A DNA stretch of 64,000 nucleotides, from the NCBI GenBank assembly GCA_964016885.1, contig OZ024743.1, forward strand, positions 41,974,001 to 42,038,000. The letters run 5' to 3'. The DNA is from Eledone cirrhosa. Lineage: Eukaryota. Each line of letters starts with the position of its first letter. The stretch's first letter is position 1. The position numbers and the translations under genes are program-made. Positions 54,720-64,000 of this stretch are shown here, in pieces. A model generated the notes under the pieces. The model was not told where the DNA came from and did not search any database. It saw only the letters and a program-made list of their open reading frames with translations.

Positions 54720-55889
54720 CCTTTCAGTCAATGCTTATTTGGGTTTGTATATACGTTTAATAATAATATATGATTATGTTGTTTCTTATTATTAAATAAA
54801 ATAGAGTGAGGTTTGGCTACCATTTCAAACACATTATGCCGCTAAATAGGTGTTAACCTATCGACCCAAGTTATACGTAAGTTTATATGTGGCTTTGCGA
54901 AATCATGTTTACTTTTCTTTTCTGTGTGGTTGTTTAACTTTATGAGAATGTACATATGGTTATATATGTTGGTGTGCGTGTTAGTATGAGTGTACGCTAA
55001 ATCTAATATAACCCTCAGCGAACAATTTAAAAATAATTTTCAAAGCAACTGAAAGTTATTTGTGTTCTAATATATGGCATTTCAATACCTCGGGGGTTCT
55101 AAAGCGTTTTTATAAATACCTAAAGAGACCTAGAAATAGTAATTTAATTTCCTCGACTAACTCCTTTTAAAAGCTGTGACAAAGGAAAACCATCAAGTTC
55201 AAATTTATGTTTCAATAGCTTTTTGTTTTATTTATTGGAATGCAGTGACTATTTATGAGCAGTTATTTCGCTACTACGTGTGCAGCCAAAGCTAATTTGT
55301 TTTCGCTGTTTTGGAGAGAAGTGTTTAAGACGAATTTAAACCTCCAGCTAAAAATAGTATCGTGAGCATTATTTATATGTGTCATTTTTATTAATTCCTT
55401 ACTTGCAATTTATAACGCAGAAGTCATTAACCTATGCCAACTGTAAAAGCGTTAAATCGTTGAATTCTATGTGAATAGCCTGGTGTATGATTCAATATAG
55501 CAATATTTAATGCGTACTATGTAAATAGACATATGTTTCCAATGATATTGTGAATGGAAATATATCTGTACTATTACATTGTGGATGAAACACAGGTACT
55601 TCCTGTCATTTAAATGTCTCCATGGCAATATATATCCACGCTGCAGGTAAAGTTGATTGAACAAAATCAAAAATTATCAAACAGCATCAGCCTTATTTCT
55701 TTGTAAATCACCAACACCAGTTTTCTGATAGTAACACTTTTGAACATTGTATGGGAACTTGAGTTTTTTATCTCTCTTTGGGGTGTGAAATATGCAAAAT
55801 CTCTTGAAGATGGGCTCAACAATACACAAATGTCAGGTCAAGTTGTTCATCTTTTGTCTATCTGCGAATGAAGAGTTTATGTATGTATG

Positions 55890-55964
<75 letters not shown>

Positions 55965-56199
55965 ATCAGCTTCGTAAAATCGAGACGTATCCGAGGGCCG
56001 TGCGATTTCAGAGTCAGGTTTGATCAGCACATCGACGTGCCTCGAGCTGGTCGCCCGAGAAATAATTTTTAAATGTCCAATAAATTCCTTTCGTCGCAAC
56101 ACTGATTCTCTTTTTTGGTGATATCATACTCTGCCTACAAGGGCATTGAGTGCTCATACTGCCTACCGCATACGGACGCTTTAAGCATCCAACACCAAT

Positions 56200-56233
<34 letters not shown>

Positions 56234-56317
56234 AACACACACACACGCATACACACACATACTCACCCACACACACACACATATATATATAAAGAGAGAG
56301 AGATAGAGAGAGAGAGG

Positions 56318-56353
<36 letters not shown>

Positions 56354-57250
56354 CAAAGAGAGAGTGAAACAAAGAGAGAGGTGGGAAATAAAGACAGTGA
56401 ATAATGTAAGAGTAATAGAGAAATGTAGCAAAAGGAGATATTTTCTAGCTGACATACTTTCCGAGTCAATATAACTTATGACTTCCGTAGTATATATATA
56501 TTTCTGATACTGTCCACCTAAAACCCTTACCTGATATTCTAAGTGTAAGATATTCTGTAAGATATTTTGTTCAGAAGTTATTGCCGGTATTATTCCCTGT
56601 AAATGTGTTTTCAAAATGAATTTTGATATTATCACTAGATTATTTTATTTGGGTTCTGTGATGTTAATATCTATTTCTTTTTTTTTTTCAAGGGAATTAT
56701 ATTTTCGTTTCTACTTGATAATGTTCTTTCAAATGACTGTGTGTGCTTCTTAATAACCAATTCAGACATCTTTGATGAAATCTAGTGATTTTATTGATAC
56801 ATTAGACATTTTGTAATGTATCCGTTCTATTTAATAAAGCTTGATCTGTCCTCTATATAATATATCGCACACACATTAATCAGTTACGATATGGTCCATA
56901 AGGTTTATCTACGTACAATCTGTCGTTACACACTTGCAGGTAAGATCTCCAATGCTGATCGTTTAACGTAGGGTAAAATTGCTGGCATCAAGTCTTTCCG
57001 CATTCGATTCCAATTTATGCTGGCTGATCATTAGAATAAATGACGATCGAATACCTCAGTTCTCACGCACAGTCAGCTTCACAGTGTGAAATAGAACTAG
57101 AGCACTCGTGACCCGTTGGGTCACGGTCACTTCAAAATATGTTTTAGAAAGCATGTTCATTTAAAACAAATGTTTAAATAATTGGAATATATACAGGCAT
57201 GTATATAATGTGAAATGAAACTGTAAGGCCCATATATATGTATACGTGTA

Positions 57251-57325
<75 letters not shown>

Positions 57326-57334
57326 GTATATATG

Positions 57335-57414
<80 letters not shown>

Positions 57415-57899
57415 GGTGTCTGTGATCTATATACACTTGTCATAGACACACACATATATATACACAACAAAACCACCAGCTCTCGCTCTTAATTCTCCTT
57501 CTGTGTCTCCTGTCCCTCTATCTATGTCTCTATTTCAATGTATTCTTTCACAATTTATCTCTCTATCTTGATCTTTCTCTTCTCCCTCCCCCCTCTCTCT
57601 CTCTCATTTGTATCCACATTTCCGGGTCCAAATCCTTTCAAAGTATTTTCCCCATTATCTGCCCTTTTGGGTGTATTACATTACATACAAGCAAGTAATC
57701 ACAGAGATTTAGCAGCATATAGATGTGGGAATCTTATGTCTCAGGTATAAGAACAAGCTAAAGATAATCTAGAAACTGGTTTGCATATTATTTTAGCTAT
57801 TCGTGCGGCTGACTTTGAAAATTACTGAGTTTGCCTTCGCAGCGATTGCTGGATATGTTCTTCCGTACATTGGTGTATTACAAGACTCTCTACGTTATT

Positions 57900-59560
57900 A
57901 TTTATAGTAATAGATCGTTGTAGCAGATTCATATTGCCCAACATTTTCATAATTTGATATAACTTTCATAGATTACGGGCATTATTGAACCCAGCAATGT
58001 GAAACATAATAGCACCACCTGTCAATGTCACTTTTTGGAGACAATGGCCCACTCTAGTAAAGAGTAATTTTTTTCGGAGACATATCCGGATGTAGGGGTT
58101 TATCCGGATCTTCCTAAAGGAATTTATTACACACATTTTAATTCTATGTGATCCGTTTCAGTTTTATTGTATTTGTGTATGGTATTAAAAAGAGGTGAAC
58201 CTGTTGAGGTGACATATTTTGTTATGTTGGGTTGGTCGGTTAACATGAGGACAAAAACATTCTGTGGATTTTAAATTTAATGGCAACATTTTCTGGACAA
58301 ATTTAAAGGAATGTTTACCCCATTATACACATCATATGCGCACAAGGTGGTGTTTCAGAGAATAGAACTTGATGTTTTTAAATAGACTCCCATAAACAAC
58401 ATCTATGAGGTGTTCTGTATTTTGTGTAATCGACATCTGTGGTGTATCAAGTTTCATTATACTTTGTTGTGTATGGGGAGACTACATTCAATGTTCGGCT
58501 GAGTGAAGGTAGAGCAGAAAATTATGTTGTGAACACCTCTTGATTAGAAAGGTCTAATAATTCAGGAACACAACCTGTGACCAAGACAACCTTCTATTGC
58601 ATGTAAGTTCTCCAGCTTAAATTGTTATCAACAATTAGTCCGCGACCTCTGGTATTTTTGGATGCCACCAGTTTTCGCCCGAGGGAAGAGAATATGCTAA
58701 CATCGGTGTATCCTCTATTCCAAATATGATTAATTTAACAGCAAGCATATCAGATCGAAGGCATTTCCGGTCCGCCAATCCACTCCGATCAAGAGCTTCT
58801 TGAACTTGGAATCATTTTATGCTGCTGTGATAGATGACATTTATAATATCATTGGTAAAGATAATTAAGATCATTGGACATAAGACGATGTTTTGTGGGA
58901 CCCCACTACTGAAATGGTTGAGCTTGATCGTATTCATTCGATCACAACATGGTGGAATCCGTTCATGAAGATAAAGTTAATCCTCTACAGTAGACTTCCA
59001 TAGATATAAATGCTGGATAGCGTCTTCAAAATGATGATGTCATCACACTCTTGCTTATATCAAGGTATATATGATCAATGTTTCATCCCTCTTCTCAAGT
59101 GGGGCAGAATCCATGTTAGACAGCCTCTGCCATCACGATAACGATACTGGATGCAAATTGTTACATTCGAAAAAATAAGTTATTCGTGAAGTCACCACAC
59201 CTTGAGATACGTTAATGATATGAGTGGTAAGAGGGATCGGGCAGTAATTGATGGAAAAGGATGTGTTTAACTTTTTGAAAAGTAGGGTGACAGACTGGGA
59301 TAGAAATGTTCCAAGGATATATCCTACGTCCAGTTAGTTCTCCCGACGATTAACCAGAAGGGATGCAAGTCGCTGTCGATACTCCTTCAGGACACTAACA
59401 CGGAACCTATCGATGCCTTCTGCGTAATTGTATTTTATTTTGTTTATTGCCGCTAAGATATCAGGGGCACAAAGCATGTTGTCAAATATAGTATTTTGGA
59501 GGTTAACATAATTAATAAAGTCCAGATATTGATTGGAGAAAACAGCCCAGTATAGTTCTA
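57900..59560 (-). mobile_element. Old CR1/Jockey-type LINE RT relic (boundaries approximate)
   Basis: Minus strand VTLLFKK...SINYCPIPLT (decayed NYRPISL) near 59230-59290 and VSQGVVTS (decayed VPQGSxLS) near 59190-59215. Confidence 0.55.
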
Positions 59561-60196
59561 CAGTATCTCACCCATAATTTTAATATCATCATGGAGAGTG
59601 TTATTTTCATCAATCAGAGAGCCAAAAATGTGGTGTTTGGCTCATTCAAATCACAGTGGTCTATCCTCGCTCAGCTTTTCTTTGCTTATTGATGATACAC
59701 ATCATGCAATTTTGAACTTTAAGTTTTATTATGATTCGCGCAGTGCAATAGAATTGAATAACAGTGTTAATTATTTTATAATTGTTTAATAATAATTTTT
59801 GTTGGTCTTTTTAGGGAATTAGTTTTCTTTTCTTTTCTGTAATTGCATGCATACCTGTTAATGTATATTTTCTGATAAGATTTATTTTTAATAATTAATT
59901 GAGCGACAAATAGCTACAAACGTTTACAATTGTATTTCAATAAATTGAAACGAGTGTAGAAATTAATGAAAGATTTCAACTCTATAAATACTTTGGTTCT
60001 TCACCTGAATTAATTTATTATACTCTATGTTCCTACCACAACTGATTTCACCTTGGTCTTTATTGAACTCGGTAATTAATGAGTATTTTCTTCTTCTATT
60101 GAACGTCTACACACACACACATACACACACACACACATATATATATATATGTATATGTATATATATGTACGTACACACACACACACACACACACAC

Positions 60197-60248
<52 letters not shown>

Positions 60249-60249
<1 letters not shown>

Positions 60250-60470
60250 AAGACGCGTGGCTGAGTGGTAAGAGAATTGAACTCTCAATCGTCAGGTTGT
60301 GAGTTCGATTCCTTGACCAGGAGATGCATTATGTCTTTGGGCAAGACACTTTACCCGGACACTTTGCTCCTTCTACCCGGAGTTGCGACCGATAGATAGT
60401 ATTAGCAATTGGAAAGACCAATGGAAACATTGTTTCCTCGGTCCGACTTGACAAAAGTCAATCGACTGTC
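60249..60470 (+). mobile_element. Second tRNA-derived SINE family
   Basis: A-box TGGCTGAGTGG, B-box GTTCGATTCC, then TGTCTTTGGGCAAGACACTT. Confidence 0.75.
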
Positions 60471-60582
60471 ATATATGTATGTGTGTGTGTGGGTGTGTGT
60501 GTGTGAAAATGAGTGGATGTGCATATATATATATATATATCCATATACATATATGCATATACATATATATATATATATATAT

Positions 60583-60903
<321 letters not shown>

Positions 60904-61499
60904 GAATATGTTGATCAGGATTTTATCAGTTTTAAATAAGAGTAGTTAGGGCACCACGTTTGAGCTCTTGAAACGGCAAGAGCTGAATCGTCGGGACCAG
61001 TCTCTCTCTAATATTTATATATATCTATATATATGTATATGCATATATGTATATATGTATGTATATATATATGTATATGGATATATATATATACGCACAT
61101 CCACTCATTTACACACACACATACACACACCCACCCACACACATATATATATACACACACGAACACACATCATGACACATGCACTCACCCACACTCACTT
61201 ACACACCGTTACAGCACTCACTCCACACCCACACTAACATCACTAAGCTCCACTCAAACACCCACATTCAACCCCACCACCACCACCAATAATACAAACA
61301 CACACTCTACAACACAAACACACACTCATATCCAAACACGCACACACACACACACAACAGTACATTACACTCCCTTCTACTGTCCTCAGCACCTTCTCTC
61401 CCTCCGCACTAGCAAGCCCCCTTTACCACGTCCCACTAACACCTCCACTAATATACACACTAAACCACACCCACAACGCCAACCTCTCCCTCAACCTTT

Positions 61500-62415
61500 C
61501 ACACATACCCACCTCTGCCCTGTCCACCGTACCTCCGTACACACCTACACACATACCACAGCAAATACAGATCCTCACTAACACCTGTCCGCCTCCTCCC
61601 CACATTGCCTGCTTGTCACATTCCTACTGCTATCTCCTTCCTCCGACTTCCTTCGCCCTGTCTTGACCCACTACCACTTCCTGTGGACGCGCACCCCAGA
61701 ACTCTCTAATTCTTCAATGCTAGCAAGGAATTTACACCACCGGTCCACCGCTCCAGGCATCCAACCTGCTATACTTGGAATTTTCAACATCCATTCCGAA
61801 AGCCTGCGGAAAAGACATCCGGGAACACACAGAAACACTTACACTATTTTGGCACCACGCACCCATAAATCCACACACACACACGTGCGTAACCTCATAT
61901 ACACACACACAGGCTCCAGACTCCACACCCCCTCTGCCCCACCCCCTGACCCCTCTCCATCCACACGTACACACACACTGACTTACACCTCACCCCATGT
62001 ACACACTGTTTTCCCTATTACCCGAACATGGAACCTCGTTCTTCCCCAAATTCTCATATTCACATCCATCACACTCACATACACGTACACCTATACACAT
62101 ACACACACCACCACCTTCAACCCTCCCCCACTCGGACCCCCTGTCTCCCTCTCCCCTCTCCCCCTCCATCCACCCACTACACCCTACACGCCTAACACCC
62201 TTTCACGACTTGTTTCATTTTAATGTTTTACCATCTATGTATTTCCACCACTCCCCCACACACCTCGGAACTCTTTTCCTGCCCACCTTTCTCCTGATGA
62301 AGGGCTTATGCCCGAAACGTCGTCCCCCACCCCCTACTCTCAAGCGTGATCCTAACATCAACACTTTGTACTGCCTCTTCTCTTCGTTGCTGTTTTTATT
62401 GTTTTCGGCTTTAAC
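61500..62415 (+). mobile_element. Decayed PLE 3' end (third type)
   Basis: C/A-rich strand, weak GIY-YIG C-terminal-like peptides, an HHR core and a short tail before (TA)n. Confidence 0.45.
62290..62325 (+). ncRNA. Minimal hammerhead core (stem I not evident)
   Basis: CUGAUGA-A-GGGC-UUAU-GCCC-GAAA-CG-UC^; palindromic stem III ACGU. Confidence 0.65.
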
Positions 62416-62427
62416 TATATATATATA

Positions 62428-63087
62428 CTAGCAGAATGGCCCAGCGTTGCTCGGGATTTGCTCTAGGGTTCTTATATATTTGATATGTATTTATCCTTAT
62501 CGAGCCTCGTGAAATAAATACGTTTGTTTATATGTTGTTATCGTGTATGCAAAAATATGTGTACACGAATATATAATTATATATATATATATACATATTA
62601 AAATAACAGATTAAAGTTTAAGCAAATAATATATCCTTTCACACTTAACGGGATCTTCTGAAACTAAAAAATTCAATATGTGAACGCAGAAAATGAATCG
62701 CTGCTTTCACCCTTAACGGGATCTTCTACCTAAAAGCAGTATGAAGTACACTAAGACTAACTCATGTAATCGTTGGCCTTCTTTGTTTATATTTTGTTTT
62801 TGTGTAGGCAAAAATAACTGGGAATGATGCATGTGATTATGTAATCGTCAGCCTTGTTTGTTTATATTTTGTTTTTGTGTATGCAAAAATATCTGTACAC
62901 GAATATCTATTTTAAAATAACATATTAATGTTTAAGCAAAGAATCGCTGATTTCAAACTTAACGGGATCTTCTGAAACGAAAAAGATCAATCTGTGAACG
63001 CAGATGGAAATATTTCTAAAAACGTTGCAAACGAAGGAAAACAGGAGGACGATACTTTTGTTCGTGAAGACAGTCCCTGGCATAAGA
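62428..63087 (-). mobile_element. Short non-autonomous Helitron or fragment
   Basis: CTAG end plus hairpin CCCGAGCAACGCTGGG; internal TTAACGGGATCTTCT repeats; related relic at about 11950-12010. Confidence 0.65.
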
Positions 63088-63100
63088 ATATATATATATA

Positions 63101-64000
63101 CTAGCAGTTTAGTCTGGCGTTGCTCGGGTTTGTTCATTTGCTATGAAAAGTTACATACAGGTAAACGTGGCTTGAAAGCGAATAAGCTTATCAATTAAGT
63201 GCATAAAGCAGTTGGACCGGTTATTAAAACTTACGAACCAATTAGCATTTTGGACAATCAAGGATGGGTTAATAATCTTCCAATAGCGAATTTAGTAGAC
63301 CAAAGTTGCAAGATGGTGGCCTTGATGCCACTGGGTGTCAGATCTGTCCGCCATGGGTGACCCTACCAGGAAATAGTTTTCCAGACGGCATAGATGCCAC
63401 ACCTCCAACACCTGAACCAACATCTATAGCACCGGTTTGTAGACGATATTGCCTGTCATCCTTTGAGGAGTTTAAGCAAAAAGTCCATTCCTGCTCCCTA
63501 CGCGGGAACAGGCAACATAAAGTTGGCCATGGGAGAGGCATGGCTCCCTCAAATGGATACCCGCCACCGACAATGTTTGCCCTGGTGACTTGTTTATGGA
63601 CATGGCAAAACATGGTCTCACCGGGAATTGGGATCGCCAGAAATGGAACGAGATATCTGACGCCGAGGGGAAAAGGTTCATCCTTGGAATGAAAACATTC
63701 TCCCCTCTCCCGTACCCCGTTACAATGGTGACCTCAATCAAGTGGGGCGTCAGTGACTTGACTGCTTTGTTGGATGCAAGTTTCTTATTAGCATAATGGG
63801 ACAGCCAACCCTAAGCTTAAGAATGTGAGGAAGGAACCCTGGGGCTCAAGGGAATTTAATAACTCAACCGGATAATTAACGATATCGCCGGGGTCTGAAG
63901 TCCGCTCGATAGATTTGAAGATGTGCTCTTTACCGGGAATCTTCTCAATCAGCTGGTCGTTAATAAAATTAACCTTGGTGTTTTTCGAATCAAGGATCGC
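63101..64000 (-). mobile_element. Helitron 3' end with helicase C-terminus (same family as 2316), runs off the window
   Basis: Colinear with 2316-3220. QFPVRPCFAMSINKSPGQTL...SHGQLYVACSRV; CTAG terminus in (TA)n. Confidence 0.92.

Noticed and set aside
60249-60325. tRNA gene
   Set aside because: A and B boxes are present but the acceptor stem does not pair and the sequence continues into a SINE body.
61033-62431. Thr/His/Pro-rich ORFs of 144-186 aa
   Set aside because: C/A-rich low-complexity strand of a decayed element; composition explains the open frames.

Overview
Eukaryotic, AT-rich, microsatellite-dense genomic DNA with no confidently identifiable host gene. The SINE type and the (TA)n/(CA)n/(GA)n load suggest an invertebrate, probably an octopus (inference). 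The window is almost entirely transposable elements: Helitrons (one internally deleted 3.9-kb copy, one 3.8-kb non-autonomous copy, two partial copies), tRNA-derived SINEs, decayed LINEs (R4-like, Tx1/L1-like, RTE-like, CR1/Jockey-like), a mariner relic and Penelope-like elements (PLEs; RT plus C-terminal GIY-YIG). One PLE has an uninterrupted ORF at 36663-39545. The main result from reading the non-coding DNA is about 20 type I hammerhead ribozyme (HHR) motifs, intact to degenerate, from at least six sequence families (my labels A-G). They include: a ~480-500 bp tandem retrozyme-like non-coding family; a family whose HHR has a branched ~90-nt stem II insertion with a compensatory change and a predicted pseudoknot; a 1.5-kb HHR-to-HHR unit fused to a PLE through a hybrid ribozyme; and a perfect 1.77-kb PLE palindrome. 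Many of these insertions share a 5'-to-5' inverted architecture and sit in (TA)n, pointing to a PLE-driven ribozyme-retroelement system. All structures were read by eye and no activity is shown. Most ORFs in the provided track are microsatellite artefacts.
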